Source: an uncultured Methanosarcinales archaeon
Lineage (GTDB): Archaea > Nanobdellota > Nanobdellia > Woesearchaeales > JABMPP01
Assembly (NCBI GenBank): GCA_964604995.1
Contig: CAZSAD010000005.1
Location: 3,221-67,220 of the forward strand
Length of the DNA: 64,000 bases
Direction of reading: 5' to 3'
The first letter of the stretch is position 1. Each line of letters opens with the position of its first letter. The notes under the pieces are model-generated. The model was not told the origin of the DNA and did not search any database. It was given only the letters and a program-made list of their open reading frames with translations. The translations under genes were made by a program, and so were the position numbers. Below, in pieces: positions 21,201-29,300 of the stretch.

Positions 21201-23366
21201 GCAAATTCTCTAAAACAAAAAATTGATTCTAGAACTGGAATATCTAAAATACTAAATTTAGTAGATAGCCCAAGATTATCAATAGCTAAAAATTCAATAA
21301 ACACTGCAGAATTACAATTACCAAAAGAAATTTCTAAACATAAAGGGGAATTAAATACTAATGTCAATTCATTTAGAAAATCAGTTAGTAAAATAGATAA
21401 TTCTCTTGATGAAACAACAAAAATAAAAAAACAATATCAAACAGTATTTAATGGGGCATTCTTAGAAACTGATGCTAAAACTGCAATGAAAATTGCAGAA
21501 TTAAAAGGTGTTAAATCAATCAAAGCAAATAAAAAAGTTAATGTTGTATTAAATGAAAGTTCAAAAGTTATCAATGCAGATGATGTATGGCAAACAATTG
21601 ATGACAATGGTTATAACATAACAGGATTTGGTGTTAAAGTTGCAGTTATTGATACAGGTGTTGATTACACTCATCCTGATTTAGGCGGATGCTTTGGACA
21701 AGGTTGCAAAGTTGAAGTAGGATATGATTTTATCAATAATGACAATGACCCAATGGATGATCAGGGTCATGGCACACACGTTGCAGCAACAATAGCTGGA
21801 ATTAACACAATTCTAAAAGGCATTGCTCCTGATGCAAAAATATATGCTTACAAAGTTCTTGATAGCAGTGGTTCAGGCGGATCAGACGGTATAATTTCTG
21901 CAATGGAATACTGCGCTGATCCAAATCAAGATGGTAATTTTTCTGATCATGTTGATATTGCATCTTTAAGTTTAGGAGGCAATGGAGATCCTGATGACCC
22001 CATGTCTCAAGCAGTAGACGGTGCAACAGATGCAGGTGTATTATTGGTAATTGCAGCTGGAAATTCAGGACCAGATGTAGGAAGTGTTGAAAGTCCAGGA
22101 ACTGCAAGAAAGGCTTTAACAGTTGCTGCATCAAATAAATGCGATGAACTTGCAGGATTTAGTTCAAGAGGTCCAGTTGTTTGGAATAATGGCACGCTTC
22201 TAAAACCAGATATAATGGCACCAGGTGTTTCAATTTGCGCAGCGCAGTATGATTCTTGGTTTAGTGATAGAAGATGTTTAGATAATGAACATATTGCAAT
22301 CTCGGGCACAAGTATGGCAACTCCGCATGTTTCAGGTGTTGCAGCATTATTAAAACAAAAATATCCTAATTTATCTCCTACAGAATTAAAATCTTTATTG
22401 AAGCAAACTAGCTATAATCTTGGTTACACACTATTCGAGCAAGGAAATGGAAGGTTAGATGCAAAAAGAGCAATAGAAGCAAAATTAATTGTTACACCCA
22501 ATTCATTCTCTGATGATTTTACTGAAAAAACACAAGCAACCTGGACTTTAAATATTAAAAATATTTTTAATAATTCTGTATTAGTAACTATAAAATATCC
22601 AAATCCAAAAATCCTAAATTTAGCTGATGTTACTCCAACAACTTCAATCAATATTACAATTATTGGTCCAACATCTTTAAATTTAGATGCTAATTCAATA
22701 CAAAGCTTTGATGTAAATATTACCTCCTTGCCAAGTGATTTTGAAGGATATCTTTTAGGTGAAATCCAAATTTCAGATGGCAGCAATATTTATTCAGTGC
22801 CTTATCTAATCTCTAGTTTTTCTAAATTGGTAGTGTATGTTAATAAAAATGAGATAATGAAACAGTATTCAATTTTTGCTTATCGTGATGATTTTGGCTG
22901 GGCTAGCAGTATTTCTAGTAGTGATGAAATAGCGAATGGTGTTCACAAATTCAATAGGATGCTTTCTGGAAATTATTCAGTTGCAATTGCAGGCGATTTA
23001 GAAGATTGGAATAATGAATATCTTTTGTTTGGAAGAGCACATGTTCCAATGAAAGGAACTGGTGAGACCTTAATTAGTTTTGATGATGCAAGACCCTTTA
23101 CAATCAAAGCAAGATCTCTAAATAATACTCCTTTATTTTTAGTGCAGTCTGAAAAAAGATTTGAGTATAGGCTTGCAGACGGACAAGGCGTTACTTACAC
23201 AATGTCTGATCCAATTATTGGTGATAGAAAAGTTTACATCACTAATAAACCTGAATCCGGGCCAGATTTAAACATTATATTGGATTATATTGGTGTACCT
23301 TATTTGGAATCAGAAATTTCCAATAACTATCAAAAATTATTGAATGAAAATTCATTAGCAAAATAA
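6219..23366 (+). CDS. Giant (about 5716 aa) secreted multi-domain protein with three complete subtilisin-like (S8) serine protease modules
   Basis: Signal peptide MKLKQILIIVILILFSSIILLS at ATG 6219 (the track's 6180 start is TTG). TSP3-like DSDSDGVLDEDDLCPD; PEGA-like domain (~6720-6930); PKD-like domain (YDPEGMPLTYTWLIE..., ~7190-7440). S8 #1 ~10830-12420: I9-like propeptide FNGIALDITDAEAQQLK; VIDTGVDYTHPDLGG; HGTHVAAT; GTSMATPHVSGASALL; PA-like insert. FG-GAP-like repeats (DFNHDGNKEILVGG, DFDNDGNLELVIGD, DINNDGKIDLVVAS) ~12780-13960. S8 #2 ~14590-16330: IIDTGVDYNHEDL; GHGTHCSGIAAG; GTSMATPYVAGIAGLL; PA insert GKIVLIKRGDISFHDKVENVYNKGAIGVIIYNN. Parallel beta-helix region ~16700-17600. S8 #3 ~21430-22470: VAVIDTGVDYTHPDLGGCFGQGC; GHGTHVAAT; GTSMATPHVSGVAALL. 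Confidence 0.85.
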   Translation: MKLKQILIIVILILFSSIILLSNTKNSSARILDSDSDGVLDEDDLCPDTSFFAPVDFNGCSCDQKSVNNTCVPDNNECTGYCGGPKAQCNYPLTGDLLNQGLISCNATYCENNIVHTFPQTMSSKYCVDGNLFNRTSCQETLSYLKDCGKIPLPINQTINLTNQTNQTIQLGYLIIESNPSSADIYLNNIYQNKTPRNFELKSGTYRLNLIKEDYIPYSSNIKINSGQLTDLFINLNPEIINPSTFTCNDTDGGIYFETFGKVALCKYSNSTIDYCLNYSDTCGLAENGKTLTEFYCQNSQVKNMTTVCSGPCKYGACSQQSNLLPVAVISRPMLGDLTYVNEPIYFSGIKSYDPEGMPLTYTWLIENTKSFNVTTTHTFLTTGIKFATLIVSDGTYVVNTSISLNIQEKINGTNQTNETNTSLCTLKTALWSTLAAYEGDNISLFVYGPNCQNKQLNITIWRRDFWLDEYIDSIPYQSSNSLGLFNASWKVIWKNSGWNLFDNTKYYFVAQIKNSEEKIISPENLDVKKSSSNNILITEPGNYKLQMNWYDTSGRTWLSVGDGVFGKLLQAAKNGDLYVDVIIEKNFAINDKLLLTDGTNNIEVLNYSRIKLLRPTTAKNPLLNDSLNDSFQTIVRIYLNTPIQNNYLLNAIVRQYSLDYSGNLQNLNDTIDLGYLQYGATPITSHLTQWISIFNGYNRTIFPVVYSNDSNYYYVNQLNSSKWDLTFDDGVRFDFPYNDGNFQIVKSNTIPSSPSFDVELYGASIHYVDFLNPSRNFTFWLKNNIQENNSPYLGFVYGLTNTSDEWISGEFGVIYYKGIPYNITIKRSDDYTLPVNLTISKGTTSVSYLLYQKQLTFPLFDGLAFYIQSWPVGYNLTILSVGKLVYNLNFTVPVIQYGETKKINGTLPAVAPGFYLVMFDASHQNDIAPWNNFQNPTYYVQKQYIDLAVNIPPYDYLIETNTTTKFNFTISNLGTIDAKNSTITINKTSNNYNFGNNTQIIKIPLPIIHPLETLNFSFNYTSENPEEFYFKIKVQTENDTDNGNNYVYSYVNSVLAGFNLYVMSAERKYPTPSEEGFVTLHTENLGSRPSSQFTAYHTNIKALQSFTTWINQNYSTEIEGVIYNITLLEVVKTQEYSTLGKAKFKLNYNNGTEIFELFAGETIELSTGKFFGLISTPNTFYAYSLIGNLRYVNSFTVPPIPIKSNWVKINITLKNDTLGNYYSFISFYHANDTSLEDNFAVVSYTINPDGPNIRTFSDWYYYTTTINETIPIPFTLENIGNRYSGDVNFRINISDKSQFDPNFNSTLLSEFTLPGLYPGETSSYSYNFTWQKSGKYFLFMQANISNDTNPYNNLHYVTIMVVKNTTNVSAELTLSTLKDNYEIGEIINLTDPPAIINSKATLSPIQFSNSITGNAINLPTEQFTNFDDTSMFYQTRKNYPTNYTNKTLEYNGYIVKFKKEPITKQKVNLENEIIKQKQITQTLSLTNNNQIAASKPNQQNSLLLTASDKLQVNTKLIAYQAEIQSEHSLAKIDISQKLSKSLTSKITGEFTKTFNGIALDITDAEAQQLKSSFYVEEVYPNYKVYATLMDSVPLIGADKVWQINSYGTPCIKYGGTEECLTGKGVTIAVIDTGVDYTHPDLGGCFGSGCKVAGGYDFVSNDNNPMDDNGHGTHVAATAAGNGTLKGVAPGATIYAYKVLNSGGSGSTNNIIAAIERSVDPNNDNDFTDHLDIISMSLGGSGTPDDPLSQAVDNAVDNGVIAVIAAGNSGQFNTPSIGSPGNSRKAITVGATYNKHSYNYYSEIKLNATVGGSMGDTDYFESIPVLGSMPTNANYQLHDWIYAGTGTISNFTSKNFTNKIALIYLDGVEYPEILLERAIASNAYAVIFYFNPYPNKITDYYFPLAYDIEIPSAVIATNDITTLFEYTQINQPISLYLNISLVTNITDADKVPYFSSQGPSFDEFYAIGIKPEIVAPGYDICAALTYNGVFPKYERACGQGHTPLSGTSMATPHVSGASALLKQAHPDWGNKEIKSALMVSSTSLGENPNIFGTGRINVTSALHPRIYLSEPTLNFGHIKFNDEKTITFTIKNLFPDQTIINLNFSSVDSNVQLIVSPNVVNLNPNEEKQVTVHLKYLHDEPSYLTPLTNYLTIQGDTNAKIPLLYYKTTNRSIVGFTQDPGEISSSLIPRFYTLKLNDINNDGYVEMLGGSSALFSFNNFENNISDYNILYAPPCIYDMYSEGCYPDTVESIAVEDFNHDGNKEILVGGVQGYLRLLEKNYNPKNLTKTIVSSENFTFGNYNFTTSINPYGQLIVSAKNVDNPLFITFFNLRISESEYDSEYGYIENIIFHLVSLQNGIAIVELQENEYKPTMLNKFREQLWAMDSADFNNDGWQDVVFSYSPLPFVYNVSILFNDGNGNLNNLYTIYNLYGNQISGLTVGDVDNNGFKDVIIGYSISPNSIYKTYGVTKLLKNNGNNKFYDSGVISTYGTGISGHPENDINPRVVLADFDNDGNLELVIGDNSGKIRILKKDNTGRYNEDLLINKGLLFDFGQLSWGVAASDINNDGKIDLVVASASRNDFYRFSLYTKLNNGNFTNFAPVRPKSQIINNGTINITGYLFMDVEQFLGNSWQGYQMVYEDTLPRTIPANNVQALDTIWNNYNISINNPGKYRVHAEFRDAYSGEPIQTTTGYLNNYWEFNVSGTIPTLPSAQLTLSTLKDNYETGEIINLTDPPTGEINTANVNRLVKNNEDSIALLNILEDAAAKSKQENKFSEGIIEQTPTFSNLPKYVKGELIVKLKNDISNKISANVVKTDISTLDSLNSKYGVKNIENVFPAKHESFFESLANNVKQTFNIEVPSRELNKVYKIKINQNTDVEKVVKEYSAVSEVEYAEPNYIYYTNFVPNDKLYSQQWSHQITSAEIAWDTEKGSSSTIIAIIDTGVDYNHEDLKTNIWHNPKEIPNNGIDDDNNGYVDDTIGYDFVDYQELVDYCNANPNICRISPREDYLKLDNDPMDVVGHGTHCSGIAAGVGNNNLGIIGICPSCSIMPVRAGMLIEINSNGQYYQSGGLSDDAIVNGIKYATDNGARVISMSFGGREYSQLQKDMIDYAYSKGVVLIAAAGNENTAEKPYPAGYDNVLSVGATDELDNKASYSNYGDWVDVAAPGSNILSTVPTKISYSSELKLGYSLFDSYPFEYSAIVEDESVHGMLANAGNGTIEELNNVNLTGKIVLIKRGDISFHDKVENVYNKGAIGVIIYNNAPGSFIGTLVNQSKIPAVSVSEVVGNSLLYYVNSSLINISIKVNKITENYELESGTSMATPYVAGIAGLLLSKEPSLKNSEVYAKIITGIDLIPDKTIGQGRVNVTKALQENPNSIITLENVNINANTEYNEINPGAAVDIYFTLKNIGANAGDVQGSIIIDNSYATVSEGNIDFGTMDTLAIRKNTAPFIIKINNNTPKGTKINVKLKLTSANSNYSPEFDVPIYTSKTIVVGKDNQSDYKNIGDAVKNANSGDIIFIKNGIYNETITIDKNNLKIIGESRDNTILSTNNSFGVALYIAAAKNVIIESITFEPNSQLNIYRGFSQEGILISGQSSILPSSNIKIRNSSFKNLDYAIDLNGPGYIENVTISNSTFIDNYEPLIRSISMGNKIIDVSFENNYVIINNLSKWIPDDSGGNAYAFFNDGLSSIDNFRIMGNHIIDNVSREPKNAVSFLHVFMLNFDVDTKDLNKNISNNIFEKTYPGNSSTAFILGGKNNYYMSNNKFVGNYQHLIYSLGSNVIIDGTKLQDNIGSEGDYTYSCYYFGPGSLLVSHSEIINGTLEIDSCSVNDKINYSVNSNRYSEYTGEDINGDGIGDTPQKIYDQNGNFITQDNTPLILFSGIKLTRPKSQIINNGTINITGYLFMDVEQFLGNSWQGYQMVYEDTLPRTIPANNVQALDTIWNNYNISINDPGKYRVHAEFRDAYGGEPIQTTTGLLNNYWEFNVSGTIPIIPSGELNLFTSKNNYLQQESIILTSNSKIENTGLIPITGYLSANIEQFNIYYQINEETDKKKIGNEYNFLELGEAINATGQTIFSSNDLNALSNETFQNSLGTFTYTQKLELPSAKVVFEEDTDQSNDPSLYLKFDANKPAYTYTLQFTPPIESGIINQTLKDLQGHNLQLFDKTFQIISAKNESNKLSLNLLQTELVDILQEGSTKTYTHNGKDYQVTASYISSSEARFTINGETTDKLSEGETYTLVDGTRIGVFDIITNFIGENLSNNFVQFGLGVNNLKITDYNPSTANWDAKVADGNEDLMNLKADIIVTSFSNGITKIKELKFKYLPSTDLHVPISGKLSTIAEYEESELGNVLVNGFDVQLKGFNETQLNWEAIKIFSSSSLSYNLIFRNRNGQTYNIPVWGYDNSSRKIKLGYRDDYSFKNLIINEAIPILTNEYFILSPSSTQKTHIFQFNSVNTNDNTFKIKDLMEGGSTIEVTNATSFVVDGTAYYAYYNGSGSDAKIYVDLNGDGIIQQGQKVDKIYTFYSGSDGYLQLIQNNISTNASGIFVTQKTQNLPQNNFQEKIKWKFYFNYTSNKIMLDSPINDFGSYDSMKKLDSLDKYVGLTYYGAYGDYDYGNAQSPLLEFQYPNQQLEILVYVMGNNYPTPQAISSWQHYSTIIDENFSRTVPANNVQALDTIWNNYNVSINDPGKYRVHAEFRYEYGGEPIQTTTGLLENVWEFNVSGTSSQYQMQITYPQNNSIILSSSTQVLVTTNTPSSCDYSYMVVSSNGVGVGSPTIFMSTTDAYHFSATINNLLYGDNVTVHAYCYSNEGNVYATSSVFFRVQISSQCGNNLCEGNETVQSCPIDCREVNYPEYCPQYNKANNDNSNHGPGGNLGNSLSLSTKTNFDTLSEETLKKIIIQGDIQKFKSLKLSVQMISPGIFSVTSKNQRIDVMQQKLPEIATLMDSNGNKFVVNLAVVFNEQYANGYIVEFEGLSLVEYKKQLELNIKDMQTKANSLKQKIDSRTGISKILNLVDSPRLSIAKNSINTAELQLPKEISKHKGELNTNVNSFRKSVSKIDNSLDETTKIKKQYQTVFNGAFLETDAKTAMKIAELKGVKSIKANKKVNVVLNESSKVINADDVWQTIDDNGYNITGFGVKVAVIDTGVDYTHPDLGGCFGQGCKVEVGYDFINNDNDPMDDQGHGTHVAATIAGINTILKGIAPDAKIYAYKVLDSSGSGGSDGIISAMEYCADPNQDGNFSDHVDIASLSLGGNGDPDDPMSQAVDGATDAGVLLVIAAGNSGPDVGSVESPGTARKALTVAASNKCDELAGFSSRGPVVWNNGTLLKPDIMAPGVSICAAQYDSWFSDRRCLDNEHIAISGTSMATPHVSGVAALLKQKYPNLSPTELKSLLKQTSYNLGYTLFEQGNGRLDAKRAIEAKLIVTPNSFSDDFTEKTQATWTLNIKNIFNNSVLVTIKYPNPKILNLADVTPTTSINITIIGPTSLNLDANSIQSFDVNITSLPSDFEGYLLGEIQISDGSNIYSVPYLISSFSKLVVYVNKNEIMKQYSIFAYRDDFGWASSISSSDEIANGVHKFNRMLSGNYSVAIAGDLEDWNNEYLLFGRAHVPMKGTGETLISFDDARPFTIKARSLNNTPLFLVQSEKRFEYRLADGQGVTYTMSDPIIGDRKVYITNKPESGPDLNIILDYIGVPYLESEISNNYQKLLNENSLAK
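14025..14340 (+). repeat. Intragenic repeat R1 (~315 nt, ~95% identical to R2)
   Basis: cgtccaaaatcacaaataataaacaatggaacaataaatataactgg... through ...gttagtggaacaattcca; encodes RPKSQIINNGTINITGYLFMDVEQFLGNSWQGYQMVYEDTLPRTIPANNVQALDTIWNNYNISIN.PGKYRVHAEFRDAY.GEPIQTTTG.LNNYWEFNVSGTIP. Confidence 0.85.
17878..18193 (+). repeat. Intragenic repeat R2, copy of R1 with about 8 substitutions
   Basis: Direct read-by-eye alignment with 14025-14340. Identity is lost on both sides (ttaact|cgtcca upstream, ccaataattcca downstream). Confidence 0.85.
20204..20390 (+). repeat. Intragenic repeat R3, partial third copy (~190 nt) mosaic between R1 and R2
   Basis: agaacagttcctgcaaataatgtccaagcattagatac...gttagtggaaca. 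At the variable positions it carries R1-type and R2-type bases alternately. Confidence 0.8.
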
Positions 23367-23396
23367 ATAATAAAAAATTGTAAACTAAATAATAAA

Positions 23397-26300
23397 ATGA
23401 AACAAAGCAAAACAAAAATCAGTAGCAAAAATAACAAACTGAAAATAATTAATAATCAAATTTTCATTTTATTATTCATATCTTTATCACTTATTTTCTT
23501 AACTGGTTGCCCATCAGGCGAGGGGATTTATGAAACATCAACAGAAGAATATAATGCAGGCTGGGTTTTGCATAATATTAATGATTCAACATCAACAACT
23601 CTTGAATATAATTCTTCAGAATTAATGATTTATAATGCTTCATTTAATTTTCCAGCAGATAGCCCATTAGATTATGCACATTCTTCATTTTGGATGTACC
23701 CTTATAACGCTAAAGATGATCCAATATTTCTTACTTCAATAGTTTCATTTCCAGTACCCTCAAAAAGAACATATTATTATTACGGTTCAACAGGTGGAGT
23801 CAATTATGATTCTACTTGGGGTACTTTAGAAGATACTTACATAACTTATGAGTATTCTTTTGAACAAGATGAAACACCTTGGGAATTTAAACAAACAGAA
23901 CAAATATTTGGTTATAATTATTATTATACTGCAAGAAAAGTTGTAGAAAAGCAATATGGTATTGCACCATATAAAATTGCAAATTTTGCAGGAAATAGCT
24001 ATAGTTTTTGGGTAGAAGGAAAACTTATTAAAAATCAATTATTGGAAAATCCAGCATATTTAAACAAAGCTTCGCAAGTAGGATTTCCTATTCCTACTCT
24101 AAAAATATCACACAACGGTAATATTACATTAGAGCGAAATTTAGCACAGTATTATCCTCCACCTGACAATGTTTATTCGTGGAATTATTACAATGGCTAT
24201 TTTTATTTTTGGGGGATAAATAATTCGGGTATATATCAAGCAGATATGATTATCCCTACATATTATCCAATTTGGAGCAATGTTGAGCAAACTGTTCAAT
24301 TTTTACTCGAGCAAGATTCAAATAATAATGACCAACTGGCACTTATGTCAAAAATTCCAAAACTTGAATTTTTTTATGTTTCTCCTTATTTTACTTCAGG
24401 TGAAACAATTTTTGTAGTAATCAATTTTTCAAATGAAGTAAATATATCCGCTGTGCAACTTCAATTTTCAACAGATGATATAAATTATGAAACTGTTGTT
24501 TTATCTGGAAACAATAATTATTATTACGCAAATTATACAGCTCCATTTTATGCAGAAAAACTTGATTCATATATTTTCGCAACAACCTATCAAGGATATA
24601 ATTATACTTTAAAAATTGAAAATGTGGCACTTAAAAAAGTGCAGCCAATTATAACAATAACTGGTCCAGATTCTGTTAGCTTATTAGATGAAACAAATTA
24701 TTATGTAGACTGCGAATACACTTTTAAAAATGAACAAAAAAAATGTAATTATGCATTGTTAAATTTAAATCTAAATAATGTGCCAATAAAAAAATATTTC
24801 CCATCTTACAATAATCTAACTACTTTTTCTTTGAAAATTCCAATTAACGCTACTAATAATTTTACACTTTCTTCTTGGTTCGAAGGTAGTGGGAATTTAC
24901 TTGGTGCACAAAGTCAAAATTACCCTGTATCTATTCAAAGGTATGATCATGATTTAAAAATGATTAATTATAAAGTACATTCAAAAATTGTAAACCAAAA
25001 CAATACAATTACTGCAACTATTGCAAATATTGGTATAAATCCAGAATATAATGTTCCAGTAATTTTAGCACCTGAATCAAAATACGGACCAAATGGATTT
25101 TATAGTATATCACATATCCCAGTTATTAATCCTAGAGAAATTGTTGAAGTAAACCTTACATTCATTCCAACTTATAGTGATACTATTTATTTAAATTTAA
25201 CTGTTAATGCATTACTTGATACTAATATTTTCAACAATAACATTTCACTCGAAATCAACCCCAAATTCAATGGGAGCAATATCTATCCGAGAATTAACTA
25301 TCTTGTAAATCCTTTAATTATAAATGTCCCTAATCAAATAAGATTAGATATCCCAAATTCAGGATTGAAAACAGCAACAAATGTTTCATACAAATTTTAC
25401 ATATTTGATTTTATTTCTCCTGATGTTATGTTTGAAGGAACTACTAATTGGAATTATAATAATGTAAATTACTTAATTAATTTATCTTCACCTACACTTA
25501 ATACACATCATGTCACTATAAAATACAATAATCTTATTATTTCAAAACAATTATTTGATAAGGAAGTTCTTGAACTAGACAATAATATTTGCTTTGTAAT
25601 ATATGAAATGTTCAATGATTCAACTATTAACTTTTACCATATTCAATTTAAAGAGTGTATAGTAACTAATTCAAATTTACAGGATATTATTCCAACCTTG
25701 GACAGACAGCCTGTTTATTCTACACTAGTTAATTATACCCCTACTAAAGTTGGATTTTACACATCTTATGTCTCTTTAATTAATAATGAAGAATATTTAT
25801 TGGATAATTTCGATGCTACCTCTTTCCAAGTTACAAAGTCAGGTTATGATTTAAATATTCATTCTTACTTTCAAATACCTCCAACTATCCAATCTAACAG
25901 TAATTTAACTGTTAGGGTTCGGAATGATGGAAATTTAAAATCTCCCCCTAATACTACTACAAAAATCAGGGACGTAATAAATATTAATTCTTGGGATATA
26001 ATAACAAGTACTACTAAAACTATTTTTTATGAGGGGATTACTTATCAAATTACAATCATCCCCCATGTAGAAATTCCATATTTCTTTTCAATCAACATCT
26101 CTTATCTTAATATCACTGAAAATTTTGATTTATACATATCACAAAGTTATAAACTTAACAATTCAGTTATTTTCGCAATTAGTTACTCTTTTAATAGTTC
26201 TTGGTTTGAAATTATATTTGGTAAAGAACATTTCTCTAAAGAGTTTTTAGTTCCTGAAATAAAACCTGGGGGTTATATTGAAACGCAAATTGAAATTCCA

Positions 26301-29300
26301 AACAATACTTATTTTGAACATAGGTTGTTTTCTGAAGTTTTTTCTGATGGAGATAGGGATTTATATAACAACTTTAAATCAAATTGGTATCTAATGGATC
26401 TTCACAATCCTGATATTGCAATTGAGTTAAATTCAAATTTCCCAAATAATTTGCTTGTCAATGAAATAGCATATCTTAATTTTTCTATTAAAAATTATAA
26501 ACAATACAATGCAACAGATATATGGATTACTGTAAATCTAACAAATTCTAATAATATGGGAGAAAAAACAACAACTCTATTTCAAACACATTTAAATTCT
26601 TTAGAAGGATATAGTTCTATTCATTATTTATTTAATTTTACACCAACAGATGTTGGGTATTATCAACTTGATATATTTGCTGAATTAGAAAATGATGATC
26701 ATTTTTATAACAATTATATAAACCTTAATTTCGAAAGCAAAAGAAATGAATCTTACTTACGGTCATATCTTAATATTGAACCATTCTATGATTTATTCCT
26801 TTTAGATACTAATAATTCTATTGATGTGAAACTGAATAATTATGGATTTTTAGAAGTTAAAAATGTTTCAATGGTTCTTTACTTAGATAATAATTTAATA
26901 ATTAATGAGTCAAACATTTACATTGCATCATTTGGTTCCTATTTTTATAATTCTAATTTTATACCAACGCAAAAAAAAGAATATCACTTAAGCTTGCAAA
27001 TTTTTGACAATACTAATAACAGTAATTTGATATATGATTATTGGCAATTTGTTCCAGCAGTTAGACAAATTTCGACTCAAATGCAAATAACTGATATGCA
27101 AGAAAATCCTCAAACAAGATATATTGCAACAAGGCAAGGGGAACTCGGATTTTTCAATGGAACTGCAAATATAAACGTATTAGATGAAATGGAGCATTTT
27201 TCATCTTATTTTGTTGATGAAGAAAGTGAAGAATATTTTGGATTTATGACTCGTTATTCCTATTTTAATGAAACTGAAGAATTAAAAACTCAACTACTTT
27301 GGAATATTGAATCTAATAATTTACATGCTGATTTAATATATTTAAATTACCCAAGCTGGCAATATAGTCAATCTGAAATTAAGTTGATTATCAATCTAAT
27401 TAAACATCCAATAAATACTAATTACTTAAGACTTTTTGGATGCACATTATACAATTTTGAAAATAATTCTTGTTTATCAAATTGGGAAGAAATCAATGGT
27501 GACAATATCAATTTAGATAATAATAACCTTTATGTTAATTCTTGGTTTAACAATTATAAAGCAATAGCTCTTGGTAAAAAGATAACTGGTTCTAGTTATG
27601 ACTTAAATATCAATTCTCATTTTTCAATAATCCCAACTATTCAATCTAATAGTAATTTAACTATTGGAATTTGGAATAATGGTGGTCTAAACTCTCCAGA
27701 TACTACTGCAAAAATTAGAGACGTAATGGATATTAATTCTTGGAGTATAATGGTAAATATCACCCAAGAGTTTTTTTATGATGGAATTACTTATCAATTT
27801 ACAATTACTCCTAACGCAGAAAATTCGAATTTATTTTCAATTAACATTTCTTATCTTAATATCACTGAAACTTTTAGTTTATATCCGCTACAAAATTATA
27901 AACTTAACAATTCAGTTATTTTTGCAATTAAATATTATTTTGGTTACTCTTGGCTTGAAATTATGTTAGGTAAAGAACATTTTTACAAAGAATTTTTATT
28001 ACCTGAAATAAATCCGCAAAGCTACTTTGAAACACAAATTGAAGTTCCAAGTAGCAATAAAATTGAACACATGTTATTTTCTGATGTCTTTTTGGAAGGA
28101 GATGTATATGCTCCTGATAATTTTAATATAAATACTTATCAAGTAGAAACCTTTTATCCAGATGTTGCAATTGAACCAGATCAAAGTTTCCCAAATAATT
28201 TGCTTGTCAATGAAACTGCATATCTTAATTTTTCTGTTAAAAATTATAGAAGTTACAATGCATTTGATATTAAAATTATTGTAAACTTAACAAATTTTGG
28301 GAAGATGGAACAAGAAACAACAACTATATTTAGTGCATACTTAAATTCTTTAGAGGGGTATGGTACTATTCCTTACTTAATCAATTTTACTCCACAAAAT
28401 CTAGGATATTATCAACTTGACATATTTGCTGAATTAGAAAATGATACCTATTTTTACAATAACCACGCAAACCTTTATTTTAGAAGCATGGAAAATGAAT
28501 CTAATTTAAATGTAAATTTTAACATTGAACCTTACTATGATTTATTCATTTTAGATAATAACAACCGTATCAATATAATTCTAGATAATTACGCATTTTT
28601 AGAATTAAAAAATGTTTCAATGATTCTTTATTTAGATAATAATCCAATACTTAATGAGTCAAATATTTACATTACATCATTTGGTTCTTTATTTTATAAT
28701 TACAATTTCACCCCAACGCAAAAAAAAGAATATAATTTAAGTTTACAAATTTTTGACAACACTAATCAGAGTAATTTAATATATAATTATAATCAACTTG
28801 TTCCTGCAGCTAAACAAATTTCAACACAAATACAAATAAGTGATATGCAAGAAAATCCACAAAAAAGATATATTGTAACAAGGCAAGGGGAATTAGGATT
28901 TTTCAATGGAACTGCAAATATAAATATATTAGATGAATACGAGCATTTTTCATCTTATCTTGTTAATGAAGAAGATGAAGAATACTTTGGATTCATGACT
29001 CGTTATTCTTATTTTAATGAAACTGAAAAGTTAACAACACAACTTCTTTGGAATGTTGATTCTGACAATTTACATGCTGATTTAATATACTTAAATTCTC
29101 CAAGTTGGCAATATGAACAATCTGAAATTAAATTTGTTATCAATCTAAATCAACATTCTATTAACACGAATAACGTAACTGTTTTTGGATGTAATAATTA
29201 TATTTATCAAAACAATTCTTGTCTATCAAATTGGGAAGAGATTAATAATGGAGGTGTTATTTTAGATAATAATAACCTTTATGTTAATGCTTGGTTTAAC

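Noticed and set aside
6955-23000. Numerous 60-146 aa antisense or out-of-frame ORFs inside the giant genes (e.g. 6955..7218, 12124..12363, 14384..14824, 21802..22134, 22007..22309, 22424..22786)
   Set aside because: Entirely embedded in a continuous 17-kb reading frame with strong domain evidence. Compositions are low-complexity. Treated as spurious.
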